A stretch of 64,000 bases of DNA, from contig OZ241329.1 in assembly GCA_965199825.1 (NCBI GenBank), positions 2,176,001 to 2,240,000 of the forward strand, read 5' to 3'. Made by a program: the position numbers and the translations under genes. The notes beneath the pieces were generated by a model. That model was not told the DNA's origin. It saw only the letters and a list, made by a program, of their open reading frames with translations, and did no database searches. This document shows positions 31,062-40,317 of the stretch, one piece after another. This DNA comes from Bdellovibrionales bacterium. Lineage in GTDB: Bacteria > Bdellovibrionota > Bdellovibrionia > Bdellovibrionales > UBA1609. Position 1 is the first letter of the stretch. Every line of letters begins with the position of its first letter.

Positions 31062-31589
31062 TTATTTATCAAGTTCTAACGGAATAAGACTAAGGTAAAA
31101 CTGAAACTCGGCAATGCTCTCTCGAATGTCATCAATGGCGCGATGAGAGCCTTGCTTTTTGTAGCTCTTATTAAAAAATGTTTGAAATACAATTTTCCAC
31201 GATGTCACGTCGAGCATGCGGTAATGCAAACGCTCGGCAAATTTTCGAAAATATTTATTTATAAAAAGTCGATCTTGCATAATCGAATTGCCACACAAAA
31301 CCGCTTTTTCACTTTCAAAATGAATATCTAATAAATCAAGCAGATCGCGCTCAACCACATCTGGCGATCTTCCAGAGGGAATCAAAGCGGTGAGGCCCGA
31401 ATCGCGGTGATGCTTTTGATTCCAATGATCCATGCCGTCGATATATTTTTGGGGTTGTTTGACCACACACTGATAAGTGTCGAGCACCGTCATTTTAAGA
31501 TCGGTAATCACAACGCCGACTTCAATGATCACTTCTTTATCGACATCAAGGCCTGACATTTCCATATCGATCCAAAACAATTTTGTCAT
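31062..31589 (-). CDS. orn: Oligoribonuclease
   Basis: WIDMEMSGLD, CGNSI, HYRMLDVTS, HRAIDDIRES; ATG 31589 with GGAG RBS. Confidence 0.93.
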   Translation of the reverse strand: MTKLFWIDMEMSGLDVDKEVIIEVGVVITDLKMTVLDTYQCVVKQPQKYIDGMDHWNQKHHRDSGLTALIPSGRSPDVVERDLLDLLDIHFESEKAVLCGNSIMQDRLFINKYFRKFAERLHYRMLDVTSWKIVFQTFFNKSYKKQGSHRAIDDIRESIAEFQFYLSLIPLELDK

Positions 31590-31590
31590 A

Positions 31591-31815
31591 TCAATCTCCA
31601 AATACGAGCAAGACCCCGGTGTTGCCTTTTTCATAATCAAAAGGATAACCCGCAGTCTTTAAATATTGAGCCACAGCTTTTTGTAAAACCCCCTTGCCTT
31701 TGCCCGTTACAATTCGCAAACGCGTTTTCGATTGGTGGCGCATTAAAAATGCATCCACCGCCGAAAGGGCTTCGTCTTGGGTGAATCCGTGCAAATCAAG
31801 AGTTGGTGCGCTCAT
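31591..31815 (-). CDS. Stand-alone Smr domain protein
   Basis: LDLHG...IVTGKGKGVL...GNTG; ATG 31815 with GGAGG RBS. Confidence 0.88.
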   Translation of the reverse strand: MSAPTLDLHGFTQDEALSAVDAFLMRHQSKTRLRIVTGKGKGVLQKAVAQYLKTAGYPFDYEKGNTGVLLVFGD

Positions 31816-31855
31816 TGTAGCCTCCATGCAAAAATTTGAGTATAGTTTTGTTTAA

Positions 31856-33178
31856 ATGAAAAAGCTCAACAATTGGCTCAATGGTCAAGAAACCGAACCC
31901 ACAACAAAACGCTATCTCACAAAGCTCAATCCTTCAGACGGCGAGCCGCTTTATGAATTTGCCGAGTCGAGTGAACTCGATGTGGTGTTCGCAATCGGTG
32001 CGGCCCACAAATCAAAAAAATCTGCGCCTCAAGAGTTGCTGACACAAATGGCGGATCGATTGGAATCGCGACTCGAAGAGTTTGCGCGCTTTGAAAGTCA
32101 AGATTGCGGAACACCTCTAAATCTTTCGCGTGGTGATGTGCAAAGTGCGGTTCAAGTTCTTCGCCATTATTCATCGTTCGAGATAACGGCCGATCCGTTA
32201 GGAATTGTTGCGCTGGTTGTGTCTTGGCAAACCCCGTTGTTGTCGTTGATCTCGCGCTTGGCGCCGGCTCTGATGAGTGGCAACAGCGTGATTGTGAAAC
32301 CCTCATCACTCGCATCCTTTTCGATTTTTGAATTTTTTAAAATGCTCGATTTTTTGCCGCAAGGTCTTTGCAATCTGATCTTAGGTGCTGATGGCGTGGA
32401 TGATGTTTTGGTTTCTCACCCCGGAGTCAGAGCGGTCAGCATCGAGAGTCAGTTGGATTTTGGCGAGCGTCTGGCCCAAAAGGCATCATCACCGGCCAAA
32501 AAAGTGAATTATGAATTGGGCGGGAAAAATTCCTGTTTGATTTTGGAAGATGCCGATCTTGATTTTTCGAAACTTACAAAATCTTGTCTTGATTATCAGG
32601 GTCAACACCGCGACTCGATCTCAAGAATTTTTGTCCACGACAGTCTTTATCAAAATGTTTTAGATCAATTCGCAAAACTGAATTTGAAAATCGGGGACCC
32701 TCTTGAGGGCTCAACAACCTTTGGACCACTCATCTCAAAAGATCATTTAGAAAAAACAAAAAGTTCGGTTCATATGACTCTTAAAGAGGGGGGACATCGT
32801 TTGCCCATCGATCTTGATCTGCCAGGCCAAGGATATTTTTGCGACCCCCAAATTTTTTCTGATCTCAACAATTGCTCTGAAATTCATCACACCGAAATGC
32901 TTGCGCCCCTCGTGACCATTCAACCATTTAAATATCCGGCCGAGGCCATCAAGTGGACCAACACCACCCCTTACGGCAGACTTTCGGTGGTCTGGACGCG
33001 AAATATTGAAAAGGCTCAGCGATTAGCAAGTGGTCTAGATGTGGGAGTGGTTTTGCTCAATCAATGGAAGCCCGCCGATGGACTGACGCCGCGCCAGGGC
33101 CGCAAGGCCTCGGGCGTTGGACTCTTAAATCCGCAAGCCATGCTCGATTTTTTTAGCAGCAGCAAAACCGTAATGTGA
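31856..33178 (+). CDS. Aldehyde dehydrogenase-fold protein, probably catalytically inactive
   Basis: GNSVIVKPS, ELGGKN and YG motifs kept; GQxC reads GQHR, PWN reads SWQ, FTGS reads IESQ. Confidence 0.85.
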   Translation: MKKLNNWLNGQETEPTTKRYLTKLNPSDGEPLYEFAESSELDVVFAIGAAHKSKKSAPQELLTQMADRLESRLEEFARFESQDCGTPLNLSRGDVQSAVQVLRHYSSFEITADPLGIVALVVSWQTPLLSLISRLAPALMSGNSVIVKPSSLASFSIFEFFKMLDFLPQGLCNLILGADGVDDVLVSHPGVRAVSIESQLDFGERLAQKASSPAKKVNYELGGKNSCLILEDADLDFSKLTKSCLDYQGQHRDSISRIFVHDSLYQNVLDQFAKLNLKIGDPLEGSTTFGPLISKDHLEKTKSSVHMTLKEGGHRLPIDLDLPGQGYFCDPQIFSDLNNCSEIHHTEMLAPLVTIQPFKYPAEAIKWTNTTPYGRLSVVWTRNIEKAQRLASGLDVGVVLLNQWKPADGLTPRQGRKASGVGLLNPQAMLDFFSSSKTVM

Positions 33179-33234
33179 AAAAAGGTTGATCCTTTAGGCG
33201 TTAGTCCCTATACCTTTTGTTTCCGTGTCATTGC

Positions 33235-33311
33235 GGGGTGGTAGTTAAGTTGGTTATAACGTCCGCCTGTCACGCGGAAGGCCGCGGGTTCGAGTCCCGT
33301 CCACCCCGCCA
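33235..33311 (+). tRNA. tRNA-Asp (GTC)
   Basis: Acceptor GGGGTGG/CCACCCC, G discriminator, encoded CCA; anticodon arm TCCGC-CTGTCAC-GCGGA; T-loop GTTCGAG. Confidence 0.97.
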
Positions 33312-33374
33312 ATAATAAAAAGAAAAAGATAAAACCCAAAAGACAAACAAAATTCTGTTCGAAGTTCAAACGCC

Positions 33375-33826
33375 TTCATGCGGGGTGGACGGGACGAGAA
33401 GGTTGAACGCGAACCCGTGGGCGATTCGACCAAAGGGAGAATTGAGTGCGGGGCGGCGGCGCCGGATGCGCCGACGAGCGTTCAAGCCGACTGCATGGCA
33501 GGACGCAGGGCTGAAGGTGGGAACACGAGGATCAAGCGAGTTTCGAGCAAAGCGAGAAGCAAGCGCAATTCATCCCTAAAATACAAATTTCAGACAGGCA
33601 CACCTTCTGAAAATTAGCTTTGTAGTAGCAAACAAGATTTGTTTTAAGTAATCTAAAGTTATTTAGTGGATAAAATAAATTAGGTTTTGATTATCGATAA
33701 ATCAATTCCTTTGAGTTTTATAAATATTGTTCTGATCAAAAGCTAGATGAAGAAATTTGAAAAATTGAATTTTTATTTCAGGATCCATCGCAAGTGAAGG
33801 CGATCGACTTATGGTGACCATGCGTG
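33375..33826 (+). repeat. ~450-bp non-coding direct repeat, copy 1, beginning with the antisense of the tRNA-Asp 3' end
   Basis: Aligns by eye with 37582-38031 from TTCATGCGGGGTGGAC to ACCATGCGTG; GC-rich first ~200 nt nearly identical, AT-rich rest diverged. Confidence 0.92.
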
Positions 33827-33923
33827 AGGACCAGTGGGACTCGTCCTCCAATGTTTTACGTAAACTAATGTTATTTGTTTCTGCAGGTGAGGCTTTAAAA
33901 CTGAATCTGGCAACTGGGGTTGA

Positions 33924-36131
33924 TCACTGACATGTCCCATCGTTCATCATGCCCGTGATAATTCCAGTGACCACGGAGACATTGGACTGATCGGCATTCC
34001 CGTTGGCAGCCAAAAAAGAAGCGCCACTTGCAAACGAGCAATAGTGTCCTTGACCGTTGGAGTTGTAAACAGCCGGTTGATCTGCAATCCTAAAAAATCC
34101 AGCGGGCATGGGAGGGCCACTGCAGGCACCGTCGTTTTGCATCCCATAAGTGATCCCCGTTACCGTTCTGACATTTGAAAGATCACCGTTTCCGTTATCG
34201 GCGATAAAGGTGGCGCTATTGGAAAAGGAACAAAAATGTCCGCTACCGTTCGAGTTATAAATGGTTCCACTTCCTGAAATAATAAAAAATCCACCTGCCA
34301 TAGGGGCAACAACACAAGGCCCAGTCTGTTGCATCATGCTTGTCGCTGAAGCGGCTATGGTTGTGGCGTTGGATTCATCTAAATTTCCGCCGTCAGCCAC
34401 GAATGACGCAATATCCGTATAACCACACCACTGGCCGCTTCCGTTGGAGCGAAAAACAGCAGGCGTGCCATCAATTCTAAAAAATCCTGCGGGCAAAACG
34501 GTCGGACTCAAAGGTGTTGAGCCACCGTTGAGCACTGGGTTTTGTGCAACTGTTCCGGGAACTCTCACTGTCCCCATTGAAATTCCTTGGGGTTCTAAAC
34601 CGATTGCTGAAATTCCGTAAATATAAATCGGCTGCCCCGCGAATTGGGCAAGCGAACTGGGGAGCGGAATCTCAAAACGATAATTTGAACCGCCTCCTTG
34701 ACAAGCTTGATTGACGGCAGCCTCACTTGGTAAATTAGCTGGATATTGCCCAATATAAATTCCACTTCCTGCGGGGCCTTTGACGTACACATTCACTTGA
34801 GCTGAAGTTGCAACTAATGAGGAGCAGGTCCAACCCATAATTTTTGTTTGATCCGCAGAAATTCCGTCAACCATACCAATGGTGGTGTGATCGGCAGGTA
34901 AACCCATCGAGTGTTGTCTTCGATAGTTGAGTAAAGCAGATTTCACCGGACTGTATGTAGTAAATCCCCATTGTTTAGTTGGCTCTATATCCGCGGAGTG
35001 TTGCTGATCGGGGCCTTCGTCTTCATCGTTCGGGCCACGGGGACCTTGAAATTCGTTAAATTGGTGCACAAACAAAAAGATGGGATCTAAACTATTTGCC
35101 ACACTCATAAATTGATTAAAAGTATTTCCGCCATCTGTGAGTGCGGCATCTGGACTGTTCCAGCCGTTTGATCCTGTCACAGCACCTGATGCAGTGAAGG
35201 CTTCAGTTCGGCTTCCTATTTGGGCATAGCTTGGAAATAAATTGTTTGCAGGACTTAGGTGATCAACCCAAGTCCACAGTTGCCACACGGGGTTGACCAT
35301 ATGAGGTGAGTTTGTGGGTGCGGGGTTTGCCCAAAGATTGGGTTGAGAGTCCATATAACCCGCCATAAATCGAAAGGTAAATTTTGAATCCCATCCTTTA
35401 TCTTGAATCGCTTTTTTGAGGAGGGCAAGTGGTGAAGCAGGTGAGGTGTCTTGGCCCGCACCCATAAATACGACGAGTAAGGGCTTACCTTGGTAAATAA
35501 TATTAATATTAGGGTATTTCGAAATTAAATTCGCAAAAAAGCTGACTTGACGGTCAAACGGGCTATTGCCATCTGCACCAATTTGATATTCATTGACCTC
35601 TGCCCCACCAAGAAGTGGAACAATTTTTAGTCTCGTCTTTGAGTTATTGTAGAGCGAGTAAATTGTCGAAACATTATTCGCGATATTGACCACTTGATCT
35701 TTGCCGGCCTGACTACCGCAATTGGAGAGATCACTGCCGAAGGCGCAAGACACACCGTTTGAAGTGTCCAAGGTTACAGCATCAACACCCATCTCTTCGA
35801 GCCAATAAATATGTTGACGAATGATTGCGGGATCGGTGCTGTCGTAACCCGTATTTTGTCCATTTGAGTTTGTCATTGAGGAAGAAGAAAGAAGTGGATT
35901 GTAAAGCGAAGACACATGCTGAGCACCTGGTCCAAACCAACCTTCATATTCCATCACGATCAGTCGCGAATTTTCATTTACATTGAGACTTTGAGAGGCG
36001 GTCGAGAGAGATAAAAATGAACCCGATGCACTACCCGAAATTGCTCGAAGTCCGCTCGTACATCCATTTGTCCATGAAAGCGTAATCAATCCAATGAGAA
36101 GGAACGCTAATGTGCCGAGTCGCAGTTTCAT
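33924..36131 (-). CDS. Secreted/lipoprotein glycoside hydrolase (GH99/GH71-like) with Ig-like domain and three C-terminal repeats
   Basis: WTNGC lipobox-like signal; YEGWFG, IIRQHIYWLEEMGVD, QFNEF, IEP motifs; GMVDG..GW domain; 3x GFF.I....[VI][YF].SNG.G..C. Confidence 0.7.
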   Translation of the reverse strand: MKLRLGTLAFLLIGLITLSWTNGCTSGLRAISGSASGSFLSLSTASQSLNVNENSRLIVMEYEGWFGPGAQHVSSLYNPLLSSSSMTNSNGQNTGYDSTDPAIIRQHIYWLEEMGVDAVTLDTSNGVSCAFGSDLSNCGSQAGKDQVVNIANNVSTIYSLYNNSKTRLKIVPLLGGAEVNEYQIGADGNSPFDRQVSFFANLISKYPNINIIYQGKPLLVVFMGAGQDTSPASPLALLKKAIQDKGWDSKFTFRFMAGYMDSQPNLWANPAPTNSPHMVNPVWQLWTWVDHLSPANNLFPSYAQIGSRTEAFTASGAVTGSNGWNSPDAALTDGGNTFNQFMSVANSLDPIFLFVHQFNEFQGPRGPNDEDEGPDQQHSADIEPTKQWGFTTYSPVKSALLNYRRQHSMGLPADHTTIGMVDGISADQTKIMGWTCSSLVATSAQVNVYVKGPAGSGIYIGQYPANLPSEAAVNQACQGGGSNYRFEIPLPSSLAQFAGQPIYIYGISAIGLEPQGISMGTVRVPGTVAQNPVLNGGSTPLSPTVLPAGFFRIDGTPAVFRSNGSGQWCGYTDIASFVADGGNLDESNATTIAASATSMMQQTGPCVVAPMAGGFFIISGSGTIYNSNGSGHFCSFSNSATFIADNGNGDLSNVRTVTGITYGMQNDGACSGPPMPAGFFRIADQPAVYNSNGQGHYCSFASGASFLAANGNADQSNVSVVTGIITGMMNDGTCQ

Positions 36132-36316
36132 TTGATACCTCTAAAGACTGAATTGCAAAGCAAAGACCTTGCTGTCTCTTACACAGAGCCTTTCGGCGCT
36201 TACCGATTTGACATTGAGAATATTAGTTGAAACTTCAGTCACAAATTGAAGCATATCAAAATGAAACATATTTTTAAGACAAAATAAATTTTATTTATTA
36301 AGCCGCTTTGAGGGAA

Positions 36317-37279
36317 TCACAATTTCAGTTTAACAAGCTTTTCACTCAGTCGATCGTTCATTTCCTTAAAGGGAATTTTGTGGGCACTCGGGTCTAAGTT
36401 ACGATCGCTGATTTCTGTAACGATGACTTTGTAAATCATTGAAAGCGTAAGTTCGCGGCTTGGGCCCATAAGTTCAGACTGAAAGATTCGCCAAACTTCT
36501 GTGCGAGCAGGATCTAGAGTTTCATGTGCATAACTGTTTTCCCAACCCGATGAGTCGTTGGAACGCGTGAAATCACGGCCAGCATATTGTGGATCATTAC
36601 GACCCTCACTCAGCGCATCGCGAATGGCTTGAGGATTTTGAAGTTCTGAAATGACATACAAATCGGCTGCAAACTCCTCGTAAGGTTTGAGATCGAATTG
36701 ATTTGGGACCTCGTTTAAACCCTTTAACGATGCGGCTGCTTGTTTGCGCATCACAGTTAAATCGGGATGGTTGATTGCTTCTTCTTCCCATTTTGATCGT
36801 TGTTCATCATCTGCAGAGTCGTAATGTCCGTGAGAAATTTCTAGCGTTTTGTCAATCACCGAAGTCAAGAACGGCAGGTAATAAAGTTGGAAGTTGCGAC
36901 GATAAGGAAACGGATTTTGGGGGACTTCCAGTTCACTGGCATAAAGATCAAATATCAAGTGGCCCAACTCGTGTAAGGTGAATGTTTGAAGTGTCGCGAG
37001 TGATAGATTTTGTTCCTGATCACGCGGTTTTAAAAATGGCAATGCGTGAATCGTTATTCCTTGAAACGACAAAGCTCCGGTCTCGATGATCATTTTTGGT
37101 GGCAGGTGAAAGTGCTTCAGTTGAGTGAGCGAACGAATGATATTGAGGCCCACTGCAGGGTCGTCTCGAAGTTGCAAATCAGAAAATTCGATTTCGGTCT
37201 GGGACAATATGACCGTACAGCGCTCTTCACCGTAAGCAAAAAGCAGGGGAACAAATAATGCGAATGCGAACTGATACAT
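36317..37279 (-). CDS. Secreted gluzincin-type zinc metallopeptidase-like protein
   Basis: Signal peptide, HELGH (HExxH) and downstream EEFAAD third-ligand motif. Confidence 0.65.
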   Translation of the reverse strand: MYQFAFALFVPLLFAYGEERCTVILSQTEIEFSDLQLRDDPAVGLNIIRSLTQLKHFHLPPKMIIETGALSFQGITIHALPFLKPRDQEQNLSLATLQTFTLHELGHLIFDLYASELEVPQNPFPYRRNFQLYYLPFLTSVIDKTLEISHGHYDSADDEQRSKWEEEAINHPDLTVMRKQAAASLKGLNEVPNQFDLKPYEEFAADLYVISELQNPQAIRDALSEGRNDPQYAGRDFTRSNDSSGWENSYAHETLDPARTEVWRIFQSELMGPSRELTLSMIYKVIVTEISDRNLDPSAHKIPFKEMNDRLSEKLVKLKL

Positions 37280-37581
37280 TGAAATCCTTAGGCAGCAAAC
37301 TTCGCTTTGTTTGAGAATTTTAAAAATAACGTCGCGAACTGTACGGCGATGAATTTCAAAAAACTAGCCACTTCTGTTGGTGGAATCAAAGGGAAAGAGA
37401 AATTATCTTTTACTTTATAGAAGACCTATTTCGATTAAGAGCACTGTAGATCCAATATTGCATTTAGAAAGTTGTTGGTGCTAAGAAGTTGAAATTTAAA
37501 TTAGGGTTTCTCCTGCCTATAAACAAAATAAAAAAATAAAGTGAAGCAGACCTATCGATTTTTGCTAAATGCACTGCCTTG

Positions 37582-38031
37582 TTCATGCGGGGTGGACGGG
37601 ACGAGAAGGTTGAACGCGAACCCGTGGGCGATTCGACCACAGGGAGAATTGAGTGCGGGGCGGCGGCGCGGATGCGTCGACGAGCGTTCAAGCCGACTGC
37701 ATGGCAGGACGCAGGGCTGAAGGTGGGAACACGAGGACCAAGCGAGTTTCGAGCAAAGCGAGAAGTAAGCGGATTTCATCACTGAAATACCAATTTTAGA
37801 CAGGCATACCTTCTAAAAGTTATTTTTGTAATAGAGAACTACATTTAATTTAAATAATCTAAATTTATTTACGTTGAAAAATAAGTTCTGTTTCGAGGAT
37901 CGATAAATCAATTCTTTTGCGACTTATAAATATTGTCTTGATCAAATCCTAAATGAGGAACTTATAAATTTAAATTCTTATTTCAGGATCCATCGCAAGT
38001 GAAGCTGATCGACCTGTTGTCACCATGCGTG
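37582..38031 (+). repeat. ~450-bp non-coding direct repeat, copy 2
   Basis: Second copy of 33375-33826, including GCGGGGTGGACGGGAC and an identical 27-nt block TTATTTCAGGATCCATCGCAAGTGAAG. Confidence 0.92.
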
Positions 38032-38168
38032 CACCTTGAAATTGGCAGATAAGAGCTATTTTTTTATGCTAGAAAATTGAAATGCCAAATTTTGATTCTC
38101 AATTGCGAAAATAATATAAACTCAATTTGTTGATGAAGTGTTGAATTCACTACATCGTTACCTAAATG

Positions 38169-39025
38169 TTAGCGGACCAGTTTTCCAACCAAGGCCTTTG
38201 TATCAAGATTTTTCATTTTACCTGCGTGAGGCAAGCACGTTGAAATATATTTGTGAGCGAGTGCGTGTGAGTCGATCCAATTAGAAGAATTCCAGATCCT
38301 TCTTGTGCAAGAATCTTGGGCGTCACGCTTTCTCAGTAGTTCTGCCGCGGCCAGGGCTGATAGTATGGGATCTTTAGCTGCATCAAAAAGTGCCCCAGGC
38401 ACTTTCGATTTCAATTCATTAAATACCCAATCGTCTTCCAAATATCGATGAAGATCGTATTCCAGAATCACACGCACCCAAAGTTTACTAACGAAGTTGA
38501 TGGTGTCCTCTGTGACATCGGCTTTTGCAAAAAATGATTGAAGTCGACTTGCGCCATCGGATTGAGCGTCCAAACTTCTCTCCATAAGGTCGTCATCTTC
38601 AGCTAAAACGATTTTTATATTCTTCATGAGTTGTTGTTCTTTTTGTGTCAGGTACAACGTTGGTCCTGCAAAAACTAAAAAGGCGTCATCGATAAATTGT
38701 GCTTCTTTGAGATCACGCGCTTTAAGGTTTTCGCGTGCTACGGTATGATAGCTCAATCGACTAAACTCGGTACGCAATGGTGTATGGACTGAAAGTCACT
38801 CAACCACAATTAAGTCGGCGAGTTAAAAAAGTTTGAGATCAGAGTGAAAATTGGCATAGGGTTTGGATTGCTTTTGTAGAGCAGTTCGTGGTCGTCATCT
38901 GTAAACTTCTTTCTAAGTTTTAGTGCTGTTTTTGAGCCTCGCCAACTGACGGAATTTGTCATCGCTGTATGTTTGAGCCAGTAAAGGTGTAAAGCCGATT
39001 GAGAGACAGAGCTAACGTTTGCCAT
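38169..39025 (-). pseudogene. Probable disrupted secreted-protein gene (open 3' part 38169-38777)
   Basis: The 202-aa ORF has an in-frame TGA 7 codons upstream of its TTG. Upstream fragments in other frames include a signal-peptide-like LCLSIGFTPLLAQTYSDDKFRQLARLK. Confidence 0.4.
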
Positions 39026-39042
39026 TTTAAACGAAACAGGAA

Positions 39043-40074
39043 TTGAGTATGGGTATGGATTCAAAAAGTTCACCGAGAAAATTTTTAATTTCTGGCAAAA
39101 TCAATATTCGTTTCTCTTTTTTTACGGCTCTTCTTTTCTTAAGTAATTTTGCTTTTGCAAAAACAAGTGGTGTAACTTTTGATTCAGATGAGCTGACATG
39201 TAAAATCGTTTCCTTAATTCGCGCGCATGGCGACGCAAGATTATTTGAAAATAGGGTGAGTCACGCCGAAACTGCGAGACAATTCATGTCTGATGAAGCG
39301 ACCAATGCGATAGGCGGAAATTTTTTTTACCAAGTTGTGAATTACCGAATTTCCAAGTCGTTAAGCTTTCATTCGATTGGTTTGTTGCCACCACTCTCTC
39401 CTGCGGAAGAACAACCGGATCCGCTGGAGCGAAACGCATGGTCCGGTCTCTTGAACCTGTACAGCGAATCTTCGCACCCGTTACTCGACCTTGTAGGGAA
39501 GAGCGATATGAATTCGCTCCGCAGCTTGATCGATCTTCGTTCGACGCTCCCATCTTTTTTCATTCCAGACGGCCCTCAACAGAAGATTTTTTTTCATCGC
39601 TTTGATGTTCTTTCACAGCCCTTCGTAAGTTGGCTTCTTACTAAACAGATTCACCAGCTTTCAGCGATCGAATTAGTTTCTCAAGTGACTGAGCAAAACA
39701 ATGGTGATGTACTCACAGCACTTGGATTAATCGGACAATCTTTCCATTATGAAAGGATGTACGTGACTTCGGCCGGAGTAGAATCGCGCGCTAAACTTGC
39801 GCTTCTCGGGTCGAGAATTAAACCTCTCTACGAACCGTCAAAAAATCCTATTGGTGTGAATTATCATTTTTGGGCTTACCTTAATATGGGACTCCAGGGA
39901 CCTTTGACTGAAGAACGTATTTTCAGCATCGCTTACGAAAAATGGGCTGAGGATAAAGATGAGTTTGTAATAGATAATCTCGGAATGACAATAGGCTTAC
40001 GTGTTCGGAGAATCATTCTTGAAAATAAATCGTGCCCTTTTTACGACCCCATTGTTTTTCATTACGGACCGTAA
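39043..40074 (+). CDS. Hypothetical secreted protein
   Basis: 343-aa ORF with FSFFTALLFLSNFAFA signal-like segment; start uncertain. Confidence 0.65.
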   Translation: MSMGMDSKSSPRKFLISGKINIRFSFFTALLFLSNFAFAKTSGVTFDSDELTCKIVSLIRAHGDARLFENRVSHAETARQFMSDEATNAIGGNFFYQVVNYRISKSLSFHSIGLLPPLSPAEEQPDPLERNAWSGLLNLYSESSHPLLDLVGKSDMNSLRSLIDLRSTLPSFFIPDGPQQKIFFHRFDVLSQPFVSWLLTKQIHQLSAIELVSQVTEQNNGDVLTALGLIGQSFHYERMYVTSAGVESRAKLALLGSRIKPLYEPSKNPIGVNYHFWAYLNMGLQGPLTEERIFSIAYEKWAEDKDEFVIDNLGMTIGLRVRRIILENKSCPFYDPIVFHYGP

Positions 40075-40317
40075 GCGAATTGTTCCACTGATCATCCCTG
40101 CGGAATGGTTGTATTGGTTTGTATGATTGCATCGTCAAGCCACTACGAACCTTACTAGATATTCCTTTAATTTTTGGTTCATCACTCACTGTCTTAATAG
40201 TAAATATAAAGCAGTGATCACTTTGCTTACGGTGCCGCCACCCACCTGTCTTATTACGAGACATCACGAATTACTAAAGTCGAGACACTTCGATTCCGAA
40301 AAAGAGACAGAGGTTGA

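Noticed and set aside
33186..33214. TTGATC-N17-TATACC as the tRNA promoter
   Set aside because: Plausible, but the -10 lacks the conserved final T, so it was not listed as a feature
33378..33617. Short ORFs over the GC-rich repeat (also 33385-33579, 37464-37691, 37552-37782, 37579-37785)
   Set aside because: A 1-nt indel between the two copies shifts the frame, and the sequence is better explained by base-pairing
33580..33826. Apparent third-position bias suggesting the AT-rich repeat tail is a coding remnant
   Set aside because: The frames I translated contain stops in both copies and an indel breaks the register
37507..37540. TCTCCTGCC plus A-tract as a decayed tRNA 3' end before repeat copy 2
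   Set aside because: Similarity to CCACCCCGCC is too weak to distinguish from chance
33375..38031. CRISPR array, integron or classical attL/attR interpretation
   Set aside because: Only two long copies, no spacer periodicity, no cas or integrase gene recognised, and the tRNA fragment is inverted rather than direct
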